Assembly (NCBI GenBank): GCA_963706325.1
Contig: CAVPLT010000004.1
Span: forward strand, 896,001-960,000
DNA length: 64,000 nt
From: an uncultured Nitrospiraceae bacterium
GTDB taxonomy: Bacteria > Nitrospirota > Nitrospiria > Nitrospirales > Nitrospiraceae
Direction of reading: 5' to 3'
The position numbers were made by a program, and so were the translations under genes. The first letter of the stretch is position 1. Every line of letters begins with the position of its first letter. Shown here in pieces: positions 9,271 through 20,668 of the stretch. The notes beneath the pieces are model-generated. The model searched no databases. It had not been told where the DNA came from and saw nothing but the letters and a program-made list of their open reading frames with translations.

Positions 9271-9608
9271 ATGGCTGATCCGGTAGGCTCTCGAATCACA
9301 TTCGCCACAGAAGAAGGCGTCCTGGCCAATATGTGGTCGATGGAAGCGTTGGTTCAGCTGCTCGAACGGAAAGGACGCTGTACCAAAACAGGAAGTGCAC
9401 GATTTAATTGCTGAGCTGAGGACGCGCCATGCGGAGCTGAATGGGAAGGTGATCGACACGCGAACACCCAGGAAGACCAGTATTTGATCGATCATGTACT
9501 CAAGATCATTGATACAGTCGGCCAGCAGCCGGAGGAATCGAAGGAGCCCCTTCGCCGCGTGGTCTTGATCTGGATCAGCATACACGCACGAACTCACGAC
9601 CGAATTAA
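9271..9608 (+). pseudogene. Small hypothetical gene broken by about two frameshifts
   Basis: GAGG RBS; MADPVG...LANMWSMEALVQLLERKG-x-CTK | QEVHDLIAELR... | QEDQYLIDHVLKII read in successive frames; end approximate. Confidence 0.4.
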
Positions 9609-9815
9609 CGGCTCTCAACATGGCATCCGATCCCCAAGACGACCAACCCTTTCCCGTCCCTACCGCTCGACTGACGTCTCTGATTGCTTAATTCAACAGG
9701 TGGAAGCGCGTGAGTTGATTGGCGGTCGGTTGAACGTTGCGTCATTGCCCACCGTGCGGAAGAGCGGCTGGGTTGCTCGCGGAAGGCATGACCCTTCTGC
9801 GAGGATCGGTACATT

Positions 9816-10817
9816 TCAGGGGTCCTCGAACGCAAACACTTTTTTCCAATCCCGTTTCATATCGATGACAGCCCAGCCTTTGGCCTTGGCTTCATCGAGT
9901 CCCTTGTTGAGCTCACCGATGTGCGACTTCCGATCGTAGGCCCATTCACGCGCTGCATCGGTGTGATGCACATACAGACAGAGGCGCGCGCCCGCACCGG
10001 AGCAGGTCCACTGAAGCATCTGCAAGTCGCCATCTGAATTGCCGAAGGCGGCGATCGGTCGGCGGCCTATGTAGGTTTGTATGGCAACGGGCTTCCCGGC
10101 CTTATCGTCAAAGAAGTTCAGCTCCGGCAACTTCGTGAGCGTAGCTTGTCCGTCCCGCATATCAAATCGCAATTTGCCGCTACTTCCCACGACCTGCTCC
10201 GGCGGGATGCCATAGGTTTTTTCGACCCAGGGTCGCATGAACTCGACGCCGCCACCGGAGACAATGAACGTCTTGAACCCGTTGGCCCGCAGATAGCCTA
10301 ACATCTCGACCATCGGCTGATACACCATCTCCGTGTAAGGCTTCTTGGTCACGGGATGTTTCGCAGTCGCGACCCAGTCAGTGACGAGCTTCCAGAACTC
10401 GTCCGTCGTCATGCCGGCATGCGTGGCCATCACGATGTTGAATACCGCCGATTCGCCGCCTGCCAGCGCGCCTTTCACATCGCCCTTGAGCAGAGAAGCA
10501 AACGGCTCTTTCTGTTTCCACTCCGGATGCTGGGGTGCAAGCGCCTTTACGCGGTCGAGTGCAAACAGCAGCTGAAAATACATGGGCTGCTCGGCCCAGA
10601 GCGTGCCGTCATTGTCGAACGTCGCGATGCGTTCTGCGGGGGCCACAAACGCCGGCCCCCCCTCCTGCGTCACCATTGAGACGAAGTCGAGGATAGCCTT
10701 CTTCGTCAGGCCGTCGTTCCACGACGGGAGCGGATCTGCGGCGTCAACGATTACCGTCCAGAGGACGGCCTGCACCAGCGCAAAGGACAAGACTTTGACG
10801 GAACGCTGTTTCATCAT
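9816..10817 (-). CDS. Exported HAD-family hydrolase (acid-phosphatase-like)
   Basis: Signal peptide; DPLPSWN; FDNDGTLW; IVSGGG; FGNSDGD. Confidence 0.9.
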   Translation of the reverse strand: MMKQRSVKVLSFALVQAVLWTVIVDAADPLPSWNDGLTKKAILDFVSMVTQEGGPAFVAPAERIATFDNDGTLWAEQPMYFQLLFALDRVKALAPQHPEWKQKEPFASLLKGDVKGALAGGESAVFNIVMATHAGMTTDEFWKLVTDWVATAKHPVTKKPYTEMVYQPMVEMLGYLRANGFKTFIVSGGGVEFMRPWVEKTYGIPPEQVVGSSGKLRFDMRDGQATLTKLPELNFFDDKAGKPVAIQTYIGRRPIAAFGNSDGDLQMLQWTCSGAGARLCLYVHHTDAAREWAYDRKSHIGELNKGLDEAKAKGWAVIDMKRDWKKVFAFEDP

Positions 10818-10999
10818 TCCTCTCTGTCATCTCGTGTAGAGGCTTCATCATGCCCGCAGCGAGACGCCGACTAGTTGCCCGGATGTCCAATCCCTTCCAG
10901 CCCCTCCAATTTCTTGAGCGCCTGCATTGCCTTGAGCGTCATGTAATTGATGTAGCACGGCAATATCGCCGTACATTCTCGCAGTGTAGATCAGCCGCG

Positions 11000-12577
11000 C
11001 TACTCGCCACCTCTTCGCTGCAGCGTTTCTAACACTTGGTCGAGACTGAAACTTCCAACTTTTTGGCTCGGTGGAAATTCCCTAAATGAGGCCAGGAATC
11101 TCCCGATGTACTGCTGCGCCGGCACGAGCGGAAGACACGCTCAATCCGCCACTGGTTGTAACCTATGCCGATATGGTCGGCTTGTTCAAATGGATCGGAC
11201 CGAAGATTGAAGAGCTTCGGGAGCCGTAGCGTGACGAAGGGTTCCTGCCAGACATCGAACCCATGAGCGCGTTGCTCCGCAAACACGAGCTTCCATTGAT
11301 GGTAGCGCAGCCCCACCAGAGAACCATCATCATTGAAGTAAAAGAATTCATGACGGGGATCGGTTGCTTTCCCGGCGAGATGATCCATCAGGTTGTAGCC
11401 GTCGAAGTGAATCTTGAAGGTTTTGTTCCTGACCTTATAGCCCTTCAGGAGCTTGGCCTTCACATCCGAGCTCGCCTGCAGCCGCGAGAAACGTGGGAAT
11501 CCAGTCGTTCGTGCGCAACGATATCGTTCACAATTGTGCCGGGCTTAATCACTCCGGGCCAGCGCACGAGCCACGGCACGCGAAAAGCCGCCTTCCCACG
11601 TCGGTCCCTTCTCGCCGTGGAATGGCGTGGTCCCGCCGTCCGGCCAGCGTAACGGATTCTGCCCCGTTGTCGGTCCCGTAGATCACGATGGTATTGTTCG
11701 GCGAGGCCGAGCTCGTCGAGCTTGTTCGAGAAGCAGACCGACCATCGTCGTCATGTTCCACCATGCCGTCAGGATAGAGCCCCAGGCCGGTCGTGCCCTG
11801 CGATTCTTTCTTGAGATGGGTCCAGATGTGCATGCGGGTCGGATTCCACCAGACGAAGAACGGCTTGTTGCCTTCTTCGACTGTCGAGGAACTCCATCGC
11901 GTGCCTCGTAATTTCCTCATCAATGGTCTCCATGCGGTCCACGCTGAGCGGGCCCAGTATCTTCGATCTTCTGTGCTGCCTTCCGGATCGCCCACGCATG
12001 AATGATTCCGCGTGGGCCAAACTTTTTCTGATCATCTCCGGATCTTTCGAAGTAGTAGTAGGTTCTCCGGCTCTTCCTCCGCGTTGAGGTGATAGAGCGT
12101 TGCCGATGAATTCGTCGAACCCGTGCGACCGTCGGCAGATGCTCGTCACGATCGCCGAGATGGTTCTTGCCGAACTGGCCAGTCATGTAGCCCTGCTCCT
12201 TCAGCAGCTCGGCCATGGTGGACTCCAGTCCGGCAGCCATTGCTTGAGCCAGGCATGCCGATCGTCAGGAGACCGGTGCGGAACGGGATGTTGGCCCAAG
12301 ATAAACGCCGCCCGCCCCGCGGTGCAGCGACTGCTCGCCATAGGCAATCGGTGAACAGCGCGCCTTCCTTCGCAATGCGATCAATGTTGGGCGTGCTGTA
12401 GCCCATGATGCCGTGGTTGTAGGCGCTAATATTCTGTACGCCGATGTCATCGCCCCAGATCACGAGAATATTGGGTTTGTCTGTGACGGCTAGAGCCCTG
12501 CCCTGAAACACCATTTCAACCAACATGACCATGGCTAACGTCGCCATGTGCAGATATGAAGCTGACCTCTGTCCCAT
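11000..12577 (-). pseudogene. Arylsulfatase, many single-base frameshifts
   Basis: KPNILVIWGDDIG, YGEQS-CTAGRAAFI (CxAxR), GQFGKNHLGD, FDGYNL, LRLPKLFNLRSDPFE recovered across frames; AGGAGG RBS. Confidence 0.88.
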
Positions 12578-12716
12578 CGTGTCGCCTCCTATTGATCTGG
12601 TTTCATAAGTCTTCGAAGGGTCTTCGATGTGGGGTGTGAAAACAACTGTCAAAAGTAACAGATATTACTTCCTGCGATTCGCAACTACATTTGGACACAT
12701 CTCATTGGGTATCTTG

Positions 12717-13778
12717 CTAGAAAACTGCGGCGAGGCCGATTCCCACATTGGTATTCTTGACCGACTCGTGCTCAAAGCTCTGTTTCCGGTTCGATCGCTG
12801 GAAGCCGACGGAACCTCGCAGGGAATCGGTAAATTGTCTAATCAGCAAGATCTCTCCTTGGATGATATCTTCGTGCGCGCCCTTTCGCTCGTCTCCGACA
12901 ATCCCGCTGGTCCAATTGTTTCGCTCATAGTGGATCGCTCCCGATAGGACCAGCCCCTGTATCACCTCGAAGTCCACGTCGGCACTAAGGTAGTGGTTCA
13001 CGTACGACACATCATCCTGTAATTGCGGCTGGTTTCGGCCGTCGGCTAGACCGCGTTCATAATGGTAACTGAATCCCAACTTGACCCGTTTGGACAGACT
13101 CCACTCCAGATGCGGTCCGATCGTATAGAAGTCCGTATCCCGCTGAGCGAAGGCATCGTTATAGCGTCGAATCCCATACCGGCTTAACAAGCGCACCTCG
13201 AGAGTCGGCGTAAGGCGCTGTTCCAGCCTCGCGCTCCAAATATGACTGGTGACAGACTCATCCACCAATCCTTCTTCGCCTGGCCGACGATCTTCGTTTT
13301 CTCCCAGGAAGAGGTTCGGGGCGTAATAGTATCGGAAGCGGACCCGTGTCTCAGCCGAGAACGCCTGTATCGCTTGTATATTGAGCGTGCCGTGATTGAA
13401 GCGTGGGTTGTCCGCATAGACGAATCCCTGTCCCCGAACGCTCAACAATGTGGTGCCCAGTCGATTGTTAAAGGATGTGCGGAGTATGGCATCCGGTTCA
13501 AACACCACGTCCGATCCCTTGTCAGTGAGACGGGTATCGATAGCCGGCTGGGTCGGATCGTCGTCCCTGGTCAATCGTCGTGTGGCGGAAAAAACGCCCA
13601 CATCATCTGTATAAAAGAGCAACGCTCGACCTTCGATGGTTGTCTCGGCAAGCGCCGGTGTCGTCAGCCATATCCACATGAGGGCCACGAAGAGTCGTCT
13701 GGTAGTCCAATGTTCGGCCACGTTCGCTCCGTCGAGGAGTCCTTTCCGGTGCTGGCTAACCGCCTTAGCCGCACTCAT
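12717..13778 (-). CDS. Probable outer-membrane beta-barrel protein
   Basis: Signal peptide, alternating amphipathic beta-strand pattern, C-terminal Phe (IGLAAVF). Confidence 0.65.
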   Translation of the reverse strand: MSAAKAVSQHRKGLLDGANVAEHWTTRRLFVALMWIWLTTPALAETTIEGRALLFYTDDVGVFSATRRLTRDDDPTQPAIDTRLTDKGSDVVFEPDAILRTSFNNRLGTTLLSVRGQGFVYADNPRFNHGTLNIQAIQAFSAETRVRFRYYYAPNLFLGENEDRRPGEEGLVDESVTSHIWSARLEQRLTPTLEVRLLSRYGIRRYNDAFAQRDTDFYTIGPHLEWSLSKRVKLGFSYHYERGLADGRNQPQLQDDVSYVNHYLSADVDFEVIQGLVLSGAIHYERNNWTSGIVGDERKGAHEDIIQGEILLIRQFTDSLRGSVGFQRSNRKQSFEHESVKNTNVGIGLAAVF

Positions 13779-13781
13779 CCT

Positions 13782-14960
13782 TTAGACGAGCATTTTGAGC
13801 AGGAGGTTCAAGACCTCGTCCATCGGCACAAGCGTGATGAGCAGTGGGACGTAAGGCAGAAATGCCACCAAGAGTAGCTTCAGTACATCATCTTTGTACA
13901 ATGGAATGATTGACATGTCGCGCACGGCCATCAATGAGCTGCCCACGTGCGCGACGGCCCGGAAGTCATTGCCTGCATCTCCTTCCACGGGGTTCCCCGA
14001 CAGCCATTTTCGATCCACTTGCTGGATCTGCCGGCTCGCGAGGGCCCCGTATCGAAACACCGCTGAATCCTTAGCCTCGTAGAGCTGCCGTACGAATAAC
14101 AGAAGGGGTCCTGCAATCACGAGCAAGAGGATCATAAAAAGGCCCCCCACTTCCCATTCATACTGCAAAGGAGAGACACCGTCGTAGACCACATAGTCAG
14201 CCACTTCGCCAGCCGTGGTGGCCGTCACGGCGAACGCGAACCCTGCGAATGCTAACAGCGATTCACTCAGAAAACCCAATCCCGCCGCCCCGTCGCGATG
14301 GGCAGGGGACAGATTGAGCTGCAGCCGTGAGATATGCCATAGCAGCCGCCACCATAGGGCCAATCGCCAGACCCATCGCAACAGCACAAACGAAAAAATG
14401 GGGAAGGACACCAAGAAGTACCAGCCGCCCGCAAGCGTCAGAAAATGTCCATGGGCTCCCACGCCCAGCCGCCATGTCACCTCCGGATAGTTAAGGATAT
14501 ATGTAAAGGCAATCAGGCTGTGAAGGTATGCGACTACAAGGAGGACCGCCACAAGCCGGCCTGAACGGCTCAACCGAATCGTGTCCTGCACCACGTCTCG
14601 AAACTGGAATCGTGCCTCCTCACTAATCAGGCCAGCACTCTCAAAATACCGGATCACAGTTCCCAGTCGGCCTTGACATTTGGTCTCACCCAAAAGGAAA
14701 ACTGGCACCGCGATGAGGAACCGCACATTGACCTCGAAATCCATCAGGAAGGAACTGAGGCGCGTGGGACCCATGGCCAACCCTTCTGCGGCCGCGAGCA
14801 CAGCCATCGGCGCCCACGCGATGCATACGGCATAGAAGGCGGCGAGGCCAAGCTGTGGTTTCCCGCGCCGCACTAGACCAAGCCACTCCTGGAGCCGGTA
14901 TAAAGGGCCAGCGGTGAAGAGAGGAAACTCTGCGGCAGAGTCAGGGTCGTTCTTAGCCAC
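13782..14960 (-). CDS. Multi-pass hypothetical membrane protein
   Basis: Many hydrophobic segments; PAHRDGAAGLGFL motif; 3 bp from the next gene. Confidence 0.75.
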   Translation of the reverse strand: MAKNDPDSAAEFPLFTAGPLYRLQEWLGLVRRGKPQLGLAAFYAVCIAWAPMAVLAAAEGLAMGPTRLSSFLMDFEVNVRFLIAVPVFLLGETKCQGRLGTVIRYFESAGLISEEARFQFRDVVQDTIRLSRSGRLVAVLLVVAYLHSLIAFTYILNYPEVTWRLGVGAHGHFLTLAGGWYFLVSFPIFSFVLLRWVWRLALWWRLLWHISRLQLNLSPAHRDGAAGLGFLSESLLAFAGFAFAVTATTAGEVADYVVYDGVSPLQYEWEVGGLFMILLLVIAGPLLLFVRQLYEAKDSAVFRYGALASRQIQQVDRKWLSGNPVEGDAGNDFRAVAHVGSSLMAVRDMSIIPLYKDDVLKLLLVAFLPYVPLLITLVPMDEVLNLLLKMLV

Positions 14961-15073
14961 GCGTATGTTGGTTACCCAGTGGTGAGGAAACTATCGCGAT
15001 CACTTCCGCACTCTCCCACCTTCACTCTGTATTTTTACAATGCACTCCTCTCATATTAGGAGCCAGTTGAAAA

Positions 15074-15089
15074 CTGTCAGAAATGACAG
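15074..15089. promoter_or_regulatory. Palindromic operator candidate
   Basis: CTGTCA-GAAA-TGACAG perfect inverted repeat between divergent genes. Confidence 0.5.
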
Positions 15090-15156
15090 GGACCCATATC
15101 GTGATTTTGGAAGTGTTTTGGTGGATGTGTTAGTTTCCTGACTAGGAAGGATCCCT

Positions 15157-15558
15157 ATGACCATTTGGCATCTCCTTTTCTATGTCGTAATGATAGGCCT
15201 TGTGGGGGATTTACCAGGATGTGCATTTCAATCAAAGCAACTCGATAAGACTCTTAATCCATGGCTAGGAAAGACCAAAGCTGATCGAGTTACGAAGGTA
15301 GGCCGCCCCACGCTCTGCACAAGGCTCAGCAATGGAGACGAGTCCTGTGTCTGGGATACGGGAGGTGGGGACACGAAAGGTGTGAATTGCGCGCCCGATT
15401 TTCTTTCTGAGGGCCTGGATTGCACCGAGGCCAGCAGCAAATCGTTGGAGCACCATGCCACCTTTGTATATGGCGCGAACGGGTTGGCCTACCAATGGAA
15501 TTACCGAGGGACTCTAGGGGAAAGATCGAGCAAGGATTCTGAGCCGATCCCGAAATAG
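15157..15558 (+). CDS. Hypothetical lipoprotein
   Basis: Hydrophobic N-terminus plus LPGC; four further Cys; GGAAGG RBS. Confidence 0.6.
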   Translation: MTIWHLLFYVVMIGLVGDLPGCAFQSKQLDKTLNPWLGKTKADRVTKVGRPTLCTRLSNGDESCVWDTGGGDTKGVNCAPDFLSEGLDCTEASSKSLEHHATFVYGANGLAYQWNYRGTLGERSSKDSEPIPK

Positions 15559-16054
15559 TCGCGCACAATTTAATATTCAGACTTGAAGAACAACTTTATT
15601 CATATGTCGATGGAATCCCTATTGCTGCTTATTTCATCACCATGGCATGACATTTCTCGCGACCTATCGAGCCACTGACTTCGTTAGCCCTGTCCCAATC
15701 CTGGACAACAACCGGTCCAGGACCCATCTAACCAGCTTCAGCAATGGGGCCTTCGTCCCGGTCGGACTTTTTCGGCTGCACAGTGCCCTGAAGTATCGGA
15801 GCAGTTGCGTAGTTCTTCATTGCAAGGGTTCATGGGGCGTGGGGCAATGGGGTCCCCGCCGCTGCACGCACAGCGGCGCTTAGGGGACCACCCCTGCCTC
15901 ACGGTAAAAAATGAGGGATCACGGTTTTGGTCACGGTTAGGGCGTACTACGCTGTGAAACGCTGGATCACGCTGGGTATGGAAGCCCTTGATAACAGTAC
16001 GTTGCAATGGCATAGCGTGTCCTGCTGTTGCCTCGTGTTCCCGACGGAATCGTT

Positions 16055-16098
16055 TTCGTAAACCGCAGGTCGCCCGTTTAATCCTGGTCGCCGGTCCA
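16055..16098 (+). repeat. Degenerate 3' half of tRNA-Thr(CGT), att-like remnant
   Basis: TTCGTAA-ACCGC-AGGTC-GCCCG-TTTAATC-CTGGT-CGCCGGT-CCA: anticodon loop, 3' stem, variable loop, decayed T-arm, acceptor strand and CCA; no 5' half. Confidence 0.65.
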
Positions 16099-16521
16099 AA
16101 ATAAAAAAATGTACCGCCTGCAGAGGACATTCCACCCGCTGAACACTTCTCGGTGCTCATCTTGTGCTCAACCAACTCGCTCCAGCTCATTCCCTACTCC
16201 ATCCAAGTTCGCTTTTTCCTTAACATTTGGCTAGACTTGGCATGAATGAGCCCGAGCCCGAGTGGGCTAAGAGATGGTGTGTGAAACTCTTTCCTAAACC
16301 ATTTCTCGCACGTTCAATTCGTATCGGGGGGACCAAATCTTGTACCACGTTATGTTTCACGGGAGCTCGAGATTGCGAGCGCATGAACGCTCATGGATTT
16401 CTTTGAGCCGGCTTTCCGAGCACAGGAGGAAACTCTCAAAACAAGCAGAGTCAAATGTTTTCGGAACCCCTCCCTCGTGAAAAACGCGTCGTGATCGCCC
16501 CTCCATTGCCGAGCCCGCACT

Positions 16522-19500
16522 ATGAGAGATACCCGTTCCAGGCGCCCTGATCCTCTGCTTCGCAATCTGAGTCTCTTCCTGCTCGGGATGATTCTATTTC
16601 TCGCCGCATGCGCGTGGTATCTCCAAACACAGCATGCATTCCGACACATCCTTGTTCCGCTCATGGCCGCAGTTGTGCCCGGCGAACTTCGAGTAAATAA
16701 TGGACTTCTCACCTTCCCCGCCACGCTCGAATTCACAGGACTCTCCTACCAACTATCGGAGATGGGGCTGTCGTTGCAGATCGATCAGCTACTCTTACGA
16801 ATTTCAGTGATGGCATGGCTGCGCGAACACCTCCTCGTTGTGGAAGAACTCGATCTTGAGAATGGCAAGCTGCACGTGGCTTCGGGGATGATCCCGCCTC
16901 CGCAAGGAGGTGCATCGACAGTTGCGAGTGCCGGCAAGACCGCAGTGATGATCCCTTTTGTCATTCAACGCGCGCGTCTGGATCACATCACTGTGTCGAT
17001 TCAAACAGGCGGCGATGAGTTCATGCTGCGAGACCTGAAGCTGGCCATCGATGATGTCGTGGCCAATCGAACCGGCACCATCGACCTGCAGTAGCGAAGT
17101 GGCATTGAACCGCTCTGCAAGCCAGAGCCGCTGGGCGGGTGCGTTCCTCTTGACCGGCACTCTTGAAGAACGCCGCGGCGGTCAGGAGTTGAAGTGGAAT
17201 GTGTCAAATCGGCTGACGGTTCGGGAGTGGCCCGGCCAGGGAGCTGTGGCCGATTCCAGCCAGATCACGCTTGATCAGACTATGTCAGGTCGCTATGACT
17301 TCACGCAAGCCAATGTGACGCAGATTCATCTTTGACTTTTTTGCAAGGCAAGACATCACTCGGCGACTTGCTCATTACGGTCACGCGAACTAAATCAGCA
17401 GAGGGTACAGTCATGGATGTTGTGATGAAGCTTAAAGAAATGAGTGATGCGGGGCTGAATCTTATACTCGGAAACAATGGATCGACCCGTCTTCGTTCAG
17501 CCCACATGAGCGGTGATGTGAAGGTCCATGCGATAGGGGAGCGGTACGATATTCGCTCCGTACTCACGGGACAGCAGTTCCAAGTCGTATCGGAGAGGGG
17601 CACGACTCCACCAGTGGATGTCGATGTGGCACAGGTGGGAATATTCGACAGCGGCTCTCGCAATTTAACCTTGGACATCTTCGAACTGCGCTTTGCGGCG
17701 CATGATCGAGTCCTGCTGGCGGGAGAACTGAAACATTCTTTGACCATCAACCTTGGTGTTGAAGGTTTGGAAAATAAAGGAGTCTCCACTCAGAATGCCC
17801 CTCAGTCTGATTGGATGCTCACGATCAACCATATCGTGGTTACCGAACTACGCCAATGGTGTGATGCCTTCGGCTGGAAGGGATTGCGAGGCATCCGCAC
17901 AGGAGAATTGGATGGCACGGTAATTCTTTCTAGCCGAGACGAGGGCCACGCAATAGATTTGAGCACCCGCCTCATGATCTCGAATGTGAGGATGGCCGAT
18001 GCGGAGAAAGGCGCAGACAGCGCCCCGTTGAAGTTCGCTCATGAGATCCAGGGAACAGTCACCTATCTGACCATTTTGCAACTGCATTCCTGGATCATGA
18101 CGGCCTCGGTAGGCGACCGATCCGTAGGGAGATTACGTTTGTCTGGGACCCTAGACCTAAGGATGCCTACGAGAGAACTGAGTCTGGAGGGATCGCTCAA
18201 GCTTACAGACTTGCCCGGTAGAGCGTGCAATCCACTGCTCGCTCTCTGGAGCGACGCACGCCTCGACCGAGCCCACTTCAACGGGAGGGTCGGGATCAGG
18301 ATGACTGCAGACTTTCTCAGTTGGGAGATCGATCTCCGTGGCGATCAAATCAGACTACGGCTTCCCGAGATAGATCAAGCGACTGCTCCCCTTTATCTTG
18401 TCGTGACCCAGTCCGGCAGTTTCAACCGCACGACCGGTGTCCTTCGTTTGGACAAGGGGATTTTGCAAGGACTGGAGCGGTCTCGACCTATCATCACCGC
18501 CGCCTTGGACAAACCAGTTCGCTTCACCCTTCGAGGTAAGGAAACAAATGGAAAGCCGCTTCAATCGCCGAATGGTCAAGTCACCACCTTCACCATAGCA
18601 GGCGCGGCATATTGGAATTGAGAAGCTGAGACCGAGACTGGCCGTCTGGGGAATCTCAGCCTTGAATGGAGTGAAGACCGGCATCATTGACGGACGTTGG
18701 ATCATGCGAGCACACGAAGGCACAGGCGCCCTGTCTGTCACCGGTACTTTCGATATCACGGGCCTGCGTCTTGATGCAGGAGTCATACGCATCAGCAAGC
18801 CCATAGGCCTTCGCAGCAGGATCGCTGCCACGATCACGAAGTTCTCCCATATCCGGTTGGACGCTCTGAACGTAGAAGCCCTGGAGGGAGCGAGCCTGAT
18901 CGCGATGCTGGGACTCAGTGGTGAAACCAATTTCGCCAACGGTTCTAAGGATCTCGCAGGCGCGTTCAATACTAGCAACATGGCGATACTCCTCGATCGG
19001 ATCGGGCTACTCGACGAACGGCAACGCACAGTGTTCAGAGAAGGTAGAGTATCCGTTAAAGGACATCTGACAGGTCGTGGACAGGATCAGCCCGTCTTAG
19101 CACAGGCTACGATTGACGCGCGCGCCCTTCGGTTCCAGCCGTTAAGGGGTCAATTCCTCACGTATTCGCTTCTCACGGAAGGAACCGCGGAACTGAACGC
19201 GGCCCGGACGGATATCAAGATCAACAGGATCGGCATGACTCTGGGGTCCCAAGGGAAGCCGGCTGGAACACTAACTTTTGCGGGAACATGGCCGATCGCG
19301 GAGTCCAAACAAGGCCGTGCCATCACCGTCGTGACCAAAGACTTAGATATCGCACCGCTTGTGGACGTATTCGGAGTACTCCCAGGTCGAGAGCAAGGCC
19401 CGTTACCGGTCAGCGCCGATTTCTCCATATCACTGGATTCCGGCGGTGGGAGTCTCGTCGTTCGCGGTCAGGAAATACTCGGACCGATTCGGATTGCACG

Positions 19501-20650
19501 TAAAGGTGAAGATGGAGGGTCCAAAGAGGCCACTCTTCGTATTGAGCACGACCTGAACCGACAGAATGATGAGGTCCGCGTAGCAGGTCTGACGGTGACC
19601 GCCGATCGTCCCGGCGGCCGGTCTGATCGTGTGACTGCCAGTGGCGTGGTGAGGATCGCCGGGCAGCCTGGCGCGCAACTCAAGGTGGAGATTGCCTCGC
19701 TCGATGCCGCCTGGCATGCCGCGTTGTTCTCAAGACCTGAGCCCATGCGTCAAGCCAGTGCTAACCAGGCTGTGGGAAAGGATCGAGAAGGTAGAACGGA
19801 ACCGTCGAACAGCCTTGCCTTTCTCACGAACCTCGATGCAGAACTGTCGATAGCGTCTATCTCCTACAACAAACTGATGTTTGGGCCTGGTCGTGTGATT
19901 GCGAAAGGAACCGGCGTGCGACTGGAGGCCAAGCTGGAACCAACGGTCATTGCTGATGGCCAGGTGGATTCGATAGTGACCCTCGTGCGGCAGGACAAAC
20001 AGACGCAACTCATCTGGTCCGGTAAAGGCCAAGGTTTGAATATCGAATCCATTATGCAAGCAGCACAACCAGGCCAGGAAGCCGTGCTCAAAGGAACGGG
20101 GTCGTTTGTGACTTCCGGATCAGGCCTTCTGAATGAAGAGCCTCTCCGAACGCATGCCTCGGGAATGTTTAATTTCAACGTTGTGGACGGCCAAGTCCTC
20201 TACTCTCCACTGTTTCAGTTCCTCGCAAAGTACACGCACATCAGTGAACTCGAGCAGATGGAATTTGATGGCTTCGCAGGCAACGTGCGCCTGGAAGGTG
20301 GCTGGATCCATGGCGATTCCTTGGCTGTCACCGGCTCTCTCGCCTCCCTGGAAGGGAACGCTTCGGGCTCGCCTGACGACATCGCCGATGGTCGTATTTT
20401 TGTGAAAATCGGCCCATCGCTCGCGAAAAAAATCAAGATCCCCTGCATGTCGGCGCTCCTCAAAACCTCTGACGGATTTACGACTCTCCCGTTTGCTGTT
20501 CGGGTCAGCGGCCCCATAAAAAACCTCACCTTTAGCCCTGACACCGCGGCGTGGCACAACGCCAAAGGCGGGATCACATCCCTGGCAGGCACGATGAAGA
20601 ATCTGCTTCGTGGCTGTCGAGAGGATCGCTCAGAGGAAAGTGCGAAGTGA
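16522..20650 (+). pseudogene. Large AsmA-like protein, three frameshifts (near 17090, 17325, 18605)
   Basis: N-terminal TM anchor, beta-rich body, AsmA-like C-terminus (G-x-F-x-x-x-DG...TLPFAVRVSGPIKN); four consecutive ORF pieces. Confidence 0.7.
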
Positions 20651-20668
20651 CCTCTCCCCCTAGCATCT

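Noticed and set aside
16030..16098. Functional tRNA-Thr gene
   Set aside because: No 5' half, mismatched T-stem and TTT instead of TTC in the T-loop; kept only as an att-like remnant.
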